From Octopus vulgaris (taxonomy: Eukaryota): DNA of 64,000 nucleotides. The notes under the pieces are model-generated. The model worked only from the letters and a program-made list of their open reading frames with translations. It was not told the DNA's origin and ran no database searches. Positions 40,501 to 55,865 of this stretch are shown in pieces (position 1 is the stretch's first letter; every line of letters begins with the position of its first letter). The stretch spans positions 9,610,001-9,674,000 of the forward strand of contig OX597818.1 of NCBI GenBank assembly GCA_951406725.2, written 5' to 3'. Position numbers and translations under genes: made by a program.

Positions 40501-41316
40501 ATATTGTTTTGCTTCTTCCTCATTTACTTCAACTTCTTCCTTTAATTCCCCATCATCTCCTTTGTCATTTCCTTCCTTCTTTCCCTAAATCTATTCCCTC
40601 AGAACGCGAATGTCACCACCAGCAGCTGCAGCAGCACTACAACCACCAAACCATGACCACTTCTAGCACAGACACACCATCAAGACCACCATCACCACCA
40701 CCACCCTCAACACGTCCTCCTATTCCTCGTCCTGTTTCTGCTCCTGCTTCTTCTTCTTCTTACCTTCCTACTCGTCCCTCTCCCTTCCCCCATCTCCATC
40801 GCCTTCTTCTTCCTCTACCCTATTTTAATTAATTTTAATTTATGTTCCGGGTTGTCTCCCCTGCCTTCCTTCAATAGAATTTATCATTAACCTAATTAAT
40901 TTTTATCCTAATTTTAATTAATGATTTTAAAGTAATTTTAATTAATGAAAATACTTTGATGTGTATATAAAGCGAACAACCACCACTGTCAACCTAGTCC
41001 CCTTCTGCATACGAGAAAGTTTCCTTGTAGTTACTAGACCTGCTAAAACTGCAGCCTAATGCCTCTCATGATATACTTTGGATAATATTATAGTTCCTAC
41101 TCTGAATCTTGAAGAAAGACGGCATGGTCACCTGTGAAACGCATTTAAATTATCACATGGATTAAAGAACATCAGCCACTTCAATGTTACCAAAGCCATA
41201 TATATTTGTGTGTGTGTGTGTGTGCATGTGTGTGAGTGTGTATGTGTGTTTGTGTGTGTGTGTGTGCGTGTGTACCCACTTTTTTCCGTCAAGCACTTAT
41301 ATGCTCCAATATTAGA

Positions 41317-41531
41317 CTCTCTTTTACTCTTTTACTCTTTTGTTTCAGTCATTTGACTGCGGCCTTGCTGGAGCACCGCCTTTAGTCGAACAAATCGACC
41401 CCAGGACTTATTCTTTGTAAGCCTAGTACTTATTCTATCGGTCTCTTTTGCCGAACCGCTACGTTACGGGGACGTAAACACACCAGCATCGGTTGTCAAG
41501 CGATGTTAAGGGGACAAGCACAGACAGACAA

Positions 41532-41572
<41 letters not shown>

Positions 41573-41590
41573 CACACACGCACACACACG

Positions 41591-41644
<54 letters not shown>

Positions 41645-41806
41645 CGACGAGCTTCTTTCAGTTTCCGTCAACCAAATCCACACACAAGGTTTTGGTCGGC
41701 CCGAGGCTATAGTAGAAGACACTTGCTCCAGGTGCCATGCAGTGGGACTGAACCCGGAACTATGTGGTTGGTAAGCAAGGTACTTACCACACAGCCATTC
41801 CTGCGC
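41317..41806 (-). mobile_element. SINE family A, full length (tRNA head, CORE-like segment, internal microsatellite, (GTAAAAGA)n tail)
   Basis: Minus strand reads gcgcaggaatggctgtgtggtaag..ccgggttcagtccc..caagtgtcttctactatagcc..(TA)n(TG)n..gactgaaacaaaagagtaaaagagtaaaagag. Confidence 0.9.
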
Positions 41807-42740
41807 TATACATATTTTTTAAGCCAGTCCTCGGTGAACGCTTATAAGCTTTAAGCGTATAACTATTCATACCCCGAGAAGTTCCCCTCAAAATATAGCT
41901 ATGATGCTCCTCCGACTATTCCTGCTCATCGTCAGAAAGGCACATATAGTCAGCCACTAGAAAACATGCTCAACTGGTTAATGTCAAGCAACTCGCAAGC
42001 AAATCTGTGGTATAATATTTGTTATGACGACGTTTCTGCTTCAGCAAATTGGCGCTGAATCAATCTGAAATGTAACGAAATATAGGGCAATTTGAGAACA
42101 TTAATGTTCATGTCACAAAAGCAAATTTAAAGGGAATAGTAGTCATTTCCTTTGATTTCTAGATAGATGGAATGAGGAAATAACACTTACTAACCAAAGA
42201 CAAAAAGAAAGGTTAAAAAATTTTGTTGCACAATATGTAGTTACTAGACCTGCTAAAACTGCAGCCTCATACCTCCATAATATACTTTGGGTAATATTAT
42301 AGTTACTACTCTGATTCTGTAAGAACCGCATTTAAATTAACACATGGATTAAAGAACATAGCCACCTCAATGCCCCCAAAGCCATATATATTTGTGTGTA
42401 TTTGTATGGTGAATCTTGCTCAATATCGTTAGCAACACGCTGAGAAACAATACTTATTTCAAGGAAGAAGAGAAAATATTATTGGAAGTAAACCCTTGAC
42501 TGGATGTTAAGACTAAATTTGCAATTAAATACATTCATTAGTAATAAAAGCACATCACCACACGGCACACATTTTTATCTCATTTTATCAAAATTATTAA
42601 CTGATTTTCGTAATGTAAACCATGATACTTCGGATTCTATTTTTTCATGTCTATTTCTTGAACGGGCTTAAATAATGTTTAAAACAGTTTTGAAGTTGAC
42701 ATATCAAAATATTCCCTACACACACACACACACACAGACA

Positions 42741-42795
<55 letters not shown>

Positions 42796-44369
42796 GGTAA
42801 AACAATACGAGAAAGCATTTTGTGACCAGGGTGTATAACAACATCCGACAGTCTGGTCGATACACTGTTATAGTGATATATATATATATATACAATATAT
42901 ATCAAGATTCAGTTGCATAAGGCACCTAAATGTAAGACACCAGGTTGCGTCAGAATAAAATGTATGCACATCAGTTATAGGCGAATACCAACATTGGTAC
43001 AGAAGTACTGGCAGAAGGATATTCTGGTTATATATTCAATTAATTGAAGCCAGCTGTTCATATATGATTAGGATGGTTTGAACCTAGTTTCGCCTTATTT
43101 GCAGTAAAATTACTGTAAGTAATATAGCATTATTTAGAGTGACTAACATTCTGATACTATACATTTGAGAGAGTTAATGTGCAGGATATAGTCATGAAGT
43201 AAATTTTGAATTATATTTTCTAGAAAGAATATTACTCTTAACACTGAGTGCAACCGAAATGAGGCGAAATCATAACGCTTCGGCCAAACAATGTTTGTTT
43301 ACAATAAATGACTTAGCGAATGAACGATAGGATAAAGCTACAGAGACGACAAGAAAGAAGTATACGTCTTTCTGAATCATGAATAAAAGGTACGAAACTA
43401 ACCATCGCCGTGGCAGCTGAAATTAATAGAATTAACCAAAAATCTTCCTCACTCGTACCCCACTCACTGAGAAAGTAATACGCTGAATAATGTTGTACTG
43501 GGTCCCTGCATATTGAAGAATGACGTGATGGTTGAGGCTTGAATGCCTTTTATAATAGGTCTGCTCTATCAGTGTTGATTTGGGGCCAAAACAAAGTCTA
43601 TGATCAGGCATCAACTATTCGCCAGAGGACGTACCCATTCATCTAGTGGAATAAGTTTACTGCATATCAGAAATTGGCTTTATTCTAAAGAAGCAAAGAG
43701 TTATCAAACAAAAGAGCGTTCCTTCTGTAAAGAAACACATTTAAATACCAAGACTGGTTTAGAGCTACATTAGAAACATAAGATGCAGGAAGTCGATTAT
43801 GGTTGTTTGTTGTATCAGCCTAATTCAGCTCATCGAAAAGAACAACGACAGGCGGGTAGTTGGTCCAACTACTAGGATCGAGATACACAGGCAATTCAAC
43901 AGTAAATAGACTTCCTTCATTATACTTGTTTATCTGTGTAGTCACTACATGATACTTCAAACTTGTTAATGTATTATGAACATGATGTGTCTTTTTAGGA
44001 GTAAGCAAATAGGAAATAACAATTGCTACCCAAGGACAAACATCGTGTTACGTAGTGTAATAATATTCTTTCTACCAGTAGCCATTCTGATCTATGCACT
44101 CAATTCCCCTGCTTTAAATTCTACTGTGTCTGAAAAATAAAAAGACGAGATAATCACAAATGAACTGGAGTTGAGTTTATACGTCTTCCTGGTCACGTAT
44201 TGCATAAGGCTAAACAACAACGACAACAGCGACAACTATTTCTTCTACTCACTTCTCCCTCTCAGATTTTGAACACTCATAATTAATTGTGGAGACAGTG
44301 ATTGCAAGAGTCTATGATTTTAAAATAACTTGTTTAGGAAAATCTATTTTTCTAATCATCATTCACCAT

Positions 44370-44394
44370 CAACGGCATAATCTTCATCACTATC

Positions 44395-44477
<83 letters not shown>

Positions 44478-44595
44478 CATCATCTTTATCATCATCATCA
44501 TCATCATCATCATCATCTTTATCATCATCATCATCATCATCATCATCTTTATCATCATCATCATATCATTATCATCATCATTATCGTCATCGTCG

Positions 44596-44661
<66 letters not shown>

Positions 44662-44674
44662 CCATCATCACCAT

Positions 44675-44708
<34 letters not shown>
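44370..44708. repeat. Long (CAT)n microsatellite, followed by CAC-rich low-complexity sequence to ~45270
   Basis: Seen directly; it accounts for the poly-H/I/M/D ORFs. Confidence 0.95.
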
Positions 44709-44709
<1 letters not shown>

Positions 44710-45324
44710 ATATTATTGTCATCATTATCGTCAGCAACACCAACTTCAGTACAGTTGTTATTAGCAGTATTTCCCCCCACCTCCCATTTCCACAGAAACT
44801 TGCCACTCATCCCATCATCAACATTGTCTCACCACCAACACCAACACCAACACAATTACCGCCATTATTTCCAGCATCAACACCGCCATCAGTGTCACCA
44901 GTAACATATCTACCACCACTTCCTCCCCCAGCCCACCCCAAACTATCATCTGCAGCATCCCAGCATCATCACCACTCCCAGTATAACTATTATCACGGCC
45001 ACATCCAGAAATAATAATTCTACCACCATTTAAACTAATAACATTACCACTAGCAATAACTCCTACCGTTTATACCCTCATTGTAACCATTATTAGCAGC
45101 ACAACCACCGCCATCGTCACTAACACCTTCCCCATTATTACTAACACTACCACCGCCATTACAAACACGAACCGTACCACAACTCGCATTAGCACGTCAA
45201 CCATCATTATTTCCACCATATCCACCGTTACCGCCACCATTACAGCAGTCACGGCTCCATCATAATCATATACCAGTAGACGGGGATGGAGACGGGGATG
45301 GAGACAGATAAGGGTAGAGAGCTA

Positions 45325-46157
45325 GAGAGGAAAAGGTGATGTATTTCATTTAAAATATACAAATATTCCATAGAGAAAGAACAACAAATTAATTGGCTTG
45401 AACTCTTTTAAAGGAGACACACTCATCACCCTAATGATGTGCCCCCACCTTCATCCCCCGTCATTTTCAAGGAGACATTATCATCACCCTAATGATGACT
45501 GCCATCCCCACCGTTTTATTACACGAAAAGCTATACTCATCACCGTAAAAATGACCCCGTTATTTTAGTATATATGTACATGGTTAAAATTCCATCAGCG
45601 TCACCAAGTCATCAACCTCCTTTTCCTCCCTTTAAATATTAGCTTCTTCGAAACACCGTCCCCGCCACCACTACTAATACAAGCTATCCCACAAGCGCAT
45701 GCCGGTCCAATCTGACAAGCTCCCTTCACCGCCTTCGCGATCGTCCTCACAATATAAACCCAAGTAATAATGTGTATTAAAATTAATGGGTCTCAACTAG
45801 AATCTGGGAATTTGGTATGCCGGTTGTTTTAAATGCTTTTCGTTTTAAGCAGGTTTCTTAATCTAATATGCATTCTAGTGGACGTGTGTGCATTACACAC
45901 ACACAAATACACGCGCGCACACACACACATACACACACACACACACACATACACACACACATACATATAAGCTCCTACGTTTATGCATATGCTTACATAT
46001 GTAGGCTTATACATGAATATAAGATGAATATTTAGATGAATATTTAGGTGCTATGACTCGATACATATACAAGTATATATGTGTATGTGGTTGTGTGTGA
46101 TCGTGTGTGTGTGCGCTCGTGTGTATGTGTGTGTGTGTACATAGATACATACATACA

Positions 46158-46191
<34 letters not shown>

Positions 46192-46250
46192 CATACATAC
46201 ATACATACATACATATGTGTATGTGTGTGTGTGTTTATGTATGATTTTTC
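45325..46250 (+). repeat. 926-bp direct duplication, copy 1
   Basis: Nearly identical to 46860-47785 (offset 1535). The ORFs at 45829 and 47364 translate identically. Confidence 0.95.
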
Positions 46251-46661
46251 ATCATCATCATCAATATTATTGTCATCATTATCGTCAGCAACACCAACTT
46301 CAGTACAGTTGTTATTAGCAGTATTTCCCCCCACCTCCCATTTCCACAGAAACTTGCCACTCATCCCATGCTTGAACATTGTCGTTGCACACACCCAAGT
46401 GTGTGCATCTATTCCAGCTTAAAGAATCTCCGGTGGATAATCTTTGGAATGTCTTACGAATTCGTCTCAATTTCTTTTACACTTTCTTCAAAGAACCTAG
46501 CATCATCACCACTCCCAGTATAACTATTATCACGGCCACATCCAGAAATAATAATTCTACCACCATTTAAACTAATAACATTACCACTAGCAATAACTCC
46601 TACCGTTTATACCCTCATAGTGCAAGAGCTCAAAATTCCGCATTAATCCATATATATATAT

Positions 46662-46858
46662 CTCTTTTACTCTTTACTCTTTTACTTGTTTCAGTCATTT
46701 GACTGCGGCCATGCTGGAGCACCGCCTTTAGTCGAGCAAATCGATCCCAGGACTTATTCTCTGTAAGCCCAGTTCTTATTCTATCGGTCTCTTTTGCCGA
46801 ACCGCTAAGTGACAAGGACGTAAACACACCAGTATCGGTTGTCAAGCAGATGCTAGAG
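46662..46858 (-). mobile_element. SINE family A 3' half, near-identical to 48156-48350
   Basis: Shares private variants (cgatcccagg, aagtgacaagg) and upstream flank with the 48156 copy. Confidence 0.85.
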
Positions 46859-46859
46859 G

Positions 46860-47692
46860 GAGAGGAAAAGGTGATGTATTTCATTTAAAATATACAAATA
46901 TTCCATAGAGAAAGAACAACAAATTAATTGGCTTGAACTCTTTTAAAGGAGACACACTCATCACCCTAATGATGTGCCCCCACCTTCATCCCCCGTCATT
47001 TTCAAGGAGACATTATCATCACCCTAATGATGACTGCCATCCCCACCGTTTTATTACACGAAAAGCTATACTCATCACCGTAAAAATGACCCCGTTATTT
47101 TAGTATATATGTACATGGTTAAAATTCCATCAGCGTCACCAAGTCATCAACCTCCTTTTCCTCCCTTTAAATATTAGCTTCTTCGAAACACCGTCCCCGC
47201 CACCACTACTAATACAAGCTATCCCACAAGCGCATGCCGGTCCAATCTGACAAGCTCCCTTCACCGCCTTCGCGATCGTCCTCACAATATAAACCCAAGT
47301 AATAATGTGTATTAAAATTAATGGGTCTCAACTAGAATCTGGGAATTTGGTATGCCGGTTGTTTTAAATGCTTTTCGTTTTAAGCAGGTTTCTTAATCTA
47401 ATATGCATTCTAGTGGACGTGTGTGCATTACACACACACAAATACACGCGCGCACACACACACATACACACACACACACACACATACACACACACATACA
47501 TATAAGCTCCTACGTTTATGCATATGCTTACATATGTAGGCTTATACATGAATATAAGATGAATATTTAGATGAATATTTAGGTGCTATGACTCGATACA
47601 TATACAAGTATATATGTGTATGTGTTTGTGTGTGATCGTGTGTGTGTGCGCTCGTGTGTATGTGTGTGTGTGTACATAGATACATACATACA

Positions 47693-47726
<34 letters not shown>

Positions 47727-47785
47727 CATACATACATACATACATACATATGTGTATGTGTGTGTGTGTTTATGTATGATTTTTC
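46860..47785 (+). repeat. 926-bp direct duplication, copy 2
   Basis: See copy 1. Confidence 0.95.
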
Positions 47786-48155
47786 TTCAAGTTTTATTGA
47801 AGCTCTTAAGAGAGTTCAAGCCTTTAGCTAACAAAGTGACGAGACATTTTGCGTTAAGAGAGTTCCCGGTGTTTATAAATATGTGGTTGGATTGGTGTGT
47901 TGCTTGAGCTGTCGTTGCACACACCCAAGTGTGTGCATCTATTCGCTTAAAGAATCTCCGGTGGATAATCTTTGGAATGTCTTACGAATTCTGTCTCAAT
48001 TTCTTTTACACTTTCTTCAAAGAACCTAGTATTTCTAGGAAATATGATTGTAATTTGTACATAGTCTAATTTACATAGTCAAGTAAACAAATACAAATGA
48101 ATTTATAATCATAGTGCAAGAGCTCAAAATTCCGCATTAATCCATATATATATAT

Positions 48156-48564
48156 CTCTTTTACTCTTTACTCTTTTACTTGTTTCAGTCATTTGACTGC
48201 GGCCATGCTGGAGCACCGCCTTTAGTCGAGCAAATCGATCCCAGGACTTATTCTCTGTAAGCCCAGTTCTTATTCTATCGGTCTCTTTTGCCGAACCGCT
48301 AAGTGACAAGGACGTAAACACACCAGCATCGGTTGTCAAGCAATGCTAGGGGGACAAACACAGACACACAAACACACACATATATACATATATATATACA
48401 TATATACGACAGGCTTCTTCCAGTTTCCGTCTACCAAATCCACTCACAAGGCATTGGTCGGCCCGGGGCTATAGCAGAAGACACTCGCCCAAGACCCCAC
48501 GCAGTGGGACTGAACCCGGAACCATGTGGTTGGTTAGCAAGCTACTTACCACACAGCCACTCCT
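48156..48564 (-). mobile_element. SINE family A, full length
   Basis: Same structure as 41317-41806. Confidence 0.9.
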
Positions 48565-48816
48565 ATCTTTTATATCTATGTCTGTTTCCAATGCATTCTT
48601 AAATGGCTCAACCAAGATCAAATCAAATATTACATGGTAATACTATGAAATCCCAGGAGTGTCAACATGTAACTTTTTTGGATTAAAACAATGCAACATT
48701 GGCACTGTTTCCATATTACGTCTCAAAACTCGAAGAATAAAAGTGAAGCCCTCGATGGAGTAAGTTTTAAATTGTTCCAGTTTTATATTATTTCACTATG
48801 TATATATATACATCTA

Positions 48817-48851
<35 letters not shown>

Positions 48852-49053
48852 CAATAATAAATCTCTAAGCGAGGTATAAACAGTAACTGCTCTGTAATAT
48901 GAGCGGGACCAGCCATCTGAATGTGGCTAGGGACAGGGCGGGGTGGTGGGGGTGTTACTGATGCATTTAGCCCCAGGCGACTATAGACGTCACCAGGAGA
49001 GCCGACACCATCACGGTGTCCTTGCTAGCCTGTAAAGGGAGATCAGCCTCCCC

Positions 49054-49087
<34 letters not shown>

Positions 49088-49145
49088 ATGTATATATATA
49101 TATGTATATATGTATATATATGCATGATATGCATGTGTATATATG

Positions 49146-49178
<33 letters not shown>

Positions 49179-50097
49179 ACCTCATGGGTCAACACGTAAA
49201 TTTATCCTATTCGCATTAACGACAGTGACCCAAATTTCCCACCCCCACCACTTAGCAACAACTATCGAAGACAAGGGGAATCTACGGCAGAATACAACTA
49301 ACACGAATCGACTAGGAACTGCTCAACGGCTGCAGCAACAACCTTTCTACTTCTGAGGATGAGAACGAGAGGGTGACCTGAGGGTGAAGCGGGAAAATGA
49401 AACATGATCCATCGAAAAAAAAAGTGTTTAAAATGTGAGGTACAATACTCCTACAGTACAGAAGGTCTTTCTGTTAAGGAAAAACCCATAAGTTTAAGAA
49501 GGAGGAAGGAGTACCAATATGCTGCATGGTAGAACCTGAATGAAATGAAATTCCTAGTTATTCGCAAATGTAGCAAAGTTCTAAGACAACACAAATCCAT
49601 ACAATGTACGAATCGAGACAAAAATGGCATTATATTTTAATCGACATAAAAGCTACAGATAAACTTCATGAAGTAATATTTCTGAACGATCTGAGACGTG
49701 ACATATCACAAAAAACTATGGAACCCTAACTCTGAACAATTTTATGCTGAAAATCAGAGAGCTAGTGATGTAAATTTCATTTATATATTTGCTTTAATTA
49801 TCTTGCGTAACTTATCTTAAATAACTCACAGGTGTCATAATAATGCTTGCGCTGGTATCATTATTAGTGTTATTGTTTTCACTATCAGTCTTGATCGTAA
49901 AAGTGAAATTCCACTCAGTGTAAGATATATTTTGTAATGCAGTCTCAATAATATTGAGCTGGTAAGTAAATCGTATTTCTCTTATTTAAAAAGAATGAAT
50001 AAACAGGTAAGTGATTTAGGTGGGAGGAGTCGGAATAATTGTAAAATAATTTTTAAATTGGTCTCTATCTACAACTTTCATTTTGATAGGGCCATTG

Positions 50098-51354
50098 TAT
50101 CAGGTCATCCCATTAGTAAAGAAAACAAGTGATCAAATGTTATATTTAATTGAAATTTAATAATCAATGTACTTACCCTGATTTTCTATAAGTTCCCTCC
50201 ATCTAAATAACAAGCGTTTTAATCCCATCAATGTAAAACACTTTTGGTTTCAAAGGGAAGAACTCTGAAATGTCAGTTTCGACCTCCTCCTGGCTTGCGA
50301 AAGTTATGTCCCCCAACTGATTCTGTAAACTGTGAAACAAATAGTAGTTTGAAGGAGCAAGGTCGGGAGAATAAGGTGGATGAGGATTTTTTTCCCAACC
50401 AAGGTCTTCGATCTACTGTGATGTGATCTTTGCAGTGTGGGGTCGCGCATTGTCCTGATGAAACATCACTCCTTTTCGATTCACTAAAGCGGGTCTTTTT
50501 TCAAAGCTTGTTTCAAACGCTCTAATTGCTGACAGAAGACTTGAGCTTTGATTGTTGCATTAAATAGTAACAATTCAAAGTGAATTACTCCTTTGCAATC
50601 CCACCAGATAGAGAGAAGAACCTTTTTCCCATGAAGTTTCCTTCTCGGTTGTGTTTGAGCTTTTTTCCCTTTTACCACGTTTAACATTTCGATAGAAGAT
50701 CCATTTCTCGTCACCAGTCACAAGTCTATCCAAAAAGGGTGAAATGAGTTCACGAGAATGGAGAGAAGAGCAGATGTCAACTCGTGATTTGCGGTTGATT
50801 TCGGACAATTCATGAGACACACATTTTCCAAGTTTAGGAACCTTTTCACGTTGTTGAAGATGACGATGAACAGTTGTGTGACTTGAACTAAGCTTTATTG
50901 CCAATTCTTCAACTGATAATGCAGGATTTTCTTAAAATAATGCCTCAAGGAGCTTATCATCAAACTCAACTGGACGTCCTGTTCGATCTTCATCTTCAAG
51001 GCTGAAATCTCCACTTCTGAATTTTGCAAACCATCTTCTGCAAGTTCTTTCATTCAAACATTCTTTCCCATAAATTGAGTGTATGTTTCGAGTCGCTTCG
51101 GCTGCAGAGTTTCCTTTTTTGTACTCATAAAGCATTATGTGCCTCAAATACTCTTTGGATACTTCCATGTTAGAAAGGGTTTTAATCAAAAAAGTTTTAA
51201 TTCTATTATTCTGTAAAATAATATTTAATTAGTTTAAATGTACACAAATGCATAAAAATAATTTTAAATTCCATTAGACATTCTAAAATACTATTAAATT
51301 TCATTCAATTTTAAAAAAGATAAAATCGGACAGAACTTTTGGGAAGACCTGATA
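50098..51354 (-). mobile_element. Near-full-length mariner transposon (~1.26 kb)
   Basis: Termini tatcaggtcatccca / tgggaagacctgata form inverted repeats with TA ends and enclose a transposase pseudogene. Confidence 0.93.
50157..51168 (-). pseudogene. Mariner (DD34D-type) transposase, frameshifted
   Basis: MEVSKEYLRHIMLYEYKKGNSAAEATRNI..RWFAKFRSGDFSLEDEDRTGRP; CVSHEL (WVPHEL); TGDEKW; HQDNARPH; HPPYSPDLAPSNY; ends ENQGKYIDY*. Split over at least 3 frames. Confidence 0.93.
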
Positions 51355-51391
51355 CAGGAATATATGTATGTTTGGATGCATGAATATATGT

Positions 51392-51690
51392 GCGTGGCAG
51401 TGTAGTAAAAAGCTTGCTTCCCAACCACATGGTTTCCGGTTCAGTTCCACCGCGTGGCACCTTGCGCAAGTGTCTTTTACTATAGCCTTGGACCGACCAA
51501 AGCTTTGTGAGTAGATTTGATAAACGGAAACTGAAAGAACCCCGTCGTCGCTTGACAGCTGGTGTTGGTGTCTTTATGTCCTCGTAACCGGTAGAATAAG
51601 TACTAGGTTTACATGGAATAACTCATGGGATCGATTTCTTCGAATAAGGCCGAGCATGGGCCTTTACTGAAACAAGTAAAAGATTAAAGA
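51392..51690 (+). mobile_element. SINE family A lacking the internal microsatellite
   Basis: Head ccaaccacatggtttccggttcagttcc..caagtgtcttttactatagcc joins the tail directly at cccgtcg/tcgcttgaca. Confidence 0.85.
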
Positions 51691-51698
51691 GTATTTCA

Positions 51699-51925
51699 GT
51701 GTGGCGAGCTGGCACAATCGTTAGCACACTGGGCAAAATTATTAAGGGCATTTCGTCAGTCTTTGCGTTTTGTGTAAAAAAATTCCATCGAAATCAGCTT
51801 TGCTTTTCATCCATGTGGTGGGGGTCAAAAGAAAAAACCAAGTGCCAATTCATCTCTAGTTTCGATGTAATAGACTTACTAGCTCACCCCGAAATTACTG
51901 ACTGTGAAACTATGATAATACTACC
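51699..51925 (+). mobile_element. SINE family B, diverged
   Basis: gtggcgagctggcacaatcgttagcacactgggcaaaat..ctttgcttttcatcc. Confidence 0.7.
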
Positions 51926-52267
51926 AGTATTTCAAAATATGCTTCGATTCGACATATCAAAGAATACAACTTGACTTGACTTTGACCTGCAATCGCATAA
52001 ATATAACTTTTCATCAGTACTTACATATATGCTTTAAATCAAACATTTTCCATTTCACCTCGCTTCTTTTACACCGCAAAATTAATTGTTGTATTCCTTT
52101 TCATCTACTGTTTTTAAATCGACTCCCTCACATTCTCTCCTTATGTAAATTTATCGAAAGCTATTTCCGTTAAATATATTAACAAATATCAAATATATTA
52201 TATTAAACACTTGGTGTTTCTTTATTTCTACCCACCCAGTCAAACAATTCATAAATATCTTTATATA

Positions 52268-52750
<483 letters not shown>

Positions 52751-53139
52751 TTAATACGACAAAGTGCGATAAAAGCACACCTACTTAGCAACCAAAAACA
52801 TGTTCAAAATATATGAGAAACTATATAACATTTCAGTTTGACGAAACCACGAGCAGAAAAACTCCGAAGTCACATTCACAAGTGCGCGGGTTATATCCAT
52901 ATACACTGCATATACACAAATATACATGTGTGTGTGGGTGTGTGTATGTGTATATGTGCGTGTGGGGGGGGGGGGGGGTAGGAGAGTGTATAAACACACC
53001 GAGAAAAACATACGACAAAACACAGGCACACTAATATATTGTTTCTGAATAGAGACCAAACTGCGTCTCCACTGAAATTCTGATATTTACTACTCCGAGG
53101 GAGATTGGTCTTACTAACCTCTTGACTGGTAACAATCTA

Positions 53140-53176
<37 letters not shown>

Positions 53177-53944
53177 TGTATATAGCGTACTGTCACTCAG
53201 AGAAACATTGCACTCTTACGACACTCACATCCACCACACACATACACACACACACACACACACGCACACACATTCACACACATGCACACACATATACACA
53301 TTAAAATCAAGAGCATCTACGAAGATTGAGTCAGATTTTTTAAAAAATAATAGACCCACATTACAGGCACACATAGATGCATGTGTATTTAAACTAATAT
53401 ATGCATATACTGGACCTGTCATATATTTCGCGTCTTTCTCGTATATTCCTTCTCCCTTTCCACTTCTCTTTAAAATATCTCCCCAATACGTGCGCACTCA
53501 GAATTAGAGTCACACTGTCCTCCCTTACATACTCATAGAAGGCAGATAGTGATAAACTGAAGCATGAACAAAAGAGTCGATAATAAAATTGGAATCGAAA
53601 GAGAGTAAAGATGATTAGAGAGGAACAGAGCTTGACAAAAACAGAGAGCAAGATAGACAGACGGGAGGGAATGTGTATGAACGTTTAAGAAAGAGAGTAA
53701 AAGGGCATGGGGTATTTTAAGTAGAAAACTAAATTTAAATGAAGCATGAGTAAGAAGTTAAAAAAATTAAAAAGAAATGGATTAATGGTTTGAAATTTCT
53801 GACAGTTTGCTAAGCTTGTTGTTTTTGTCTTGCCGTGTATATTATTATTTTGTTAATGGTGCTCCTAGTAAGTGTTTGATTTTGCTCTTACCATTAATTA
53901 TTTATTTGTTTGATTATTTCTCTTTATTTGTCAGTGTTATTATT

Positions 53945-54240
<296 letters not shown>

Positions 54241-54839
54241 TCGTTGTTGTTATTTTAATACTCTGTTATTTACCTCATCGAAATTCCAGGGCCATTCTGC
54301 ATGTGATTCTGTTATTGTTAATGTTGTCGTTGATATTGTTGTTGGTGTGGAGGAGGATGTTGGTGTTGCTGTTATTTTGTGTGTCGCATTTATATTCATT
54401 TTTTGTTGTAGTTTTCAAAATATGTGTATATTTGCAGAGAGTGTAATAGGTCTTTTGCTAAATTTATATTTGCCTGTTTTGTAATAATTCTAAATTTTAT
54501 TCGTTGTGTTTTATTACTTCTATATTTTTAATCTCCGTGAATTTTGTTTCATTTTTCTTAATACGATATATATTTTTTTTCATTTATTCCAGGGGCCAAA
54601 ATTTACAAGCTTGGTTGAAGAATTGTCACATAAAACTCTCCACCTCTCCCATTATTTTTACACTCAACGTTTCACTTGTTTTCGATGATTATCAGAAAAG
54701 GAAACTTCGGGTGAAGTCAGACTACTGCAGAAAATAAAATGCATTCCTTAAGAAAGATCAAGATATAAAAAACAAATAAAAAACACTGAAACGCGACCAC
54801 AAGCAGAATAAGACAAGCGCTTGCGCACAAAATTGTGTA

Positions 54840-54925
<86 letters not shown>

Positions 54926-55865
54926 ATGCAAGCATTGACGCACTTACAAATAATCAAACTCGTTGGTTTACATCATTGCAGAATTCCAAGATTTTTCTTT
55001 TTATTTCTTATCTTTTATAGACATTATTTCCATGTCTTTTACTTCAAATTTTCTTCTTCATTTCCTCTAGTTCGCTTTAACTTCTTTCCCCCTTCCTTCT
55101 TTAAAATGTTTTGGCTTAATCATAAAACCATTCATAAGAATCACTTGAAGTACACTGGGAAAACACTGGAAATCGCTAAAAAACACTGGAATTTAAATAT
55201 TATTTTCAATTTCATTTTATATCCATTCTCGTCAAACAAGCTCATGCATGTACATTTACATATACATACATGCATACATATATACATACACACATACATA
55301 CATGCATACATACAAACTTACGTAAATGCATACATAGGTATACATATACATATTTAACTGTATTTTTACAAATACATATATGCATATAAATACACACGCA
55401 CACACATATGCATGCATACATTCTTATAAGTACACATGCACATAAATAGAAACAAATACACATTCACATACAGACACATGTGTATATCTATCTACATATA
55501 TAAATATATACATACTAACCTACGCAAATGGAGAAATATAGAAATTTGCAGATATCGGTATCAGTTTGTGCTTGTTTGTTTGGAGATTTGTGTTGTTCGT
55601 ACATGTATTCATTAAAATCTTACACGTGTTTCATTCATGAAGAGATCAATTGTAGACGGTTATACTATGCAACCAGATTACGTCATCAAATCATCAGAAT
55701 TTGTACAACAAAATGTAAATTTTTCCTTTTTCCGACCATATCAAGGTCCATTGTATTTACTCAGACACTCATTGCTACGTATAGACATAAGTGTGTATAG
55801 ATACAAGGGTATGTATGGAGACAGGGGTCGTCATAGACACATACCTACATCACTTTTAAGTTTTT

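Noticed and set aside
44289-45014. 241-aa His/Ile-rich ORF and the other long low-complexity ORFs (13796, 32949, 33247, 40034, 53807)
   Set aside because: Translations of microsatellites, open only because these repeats lack stop codons.
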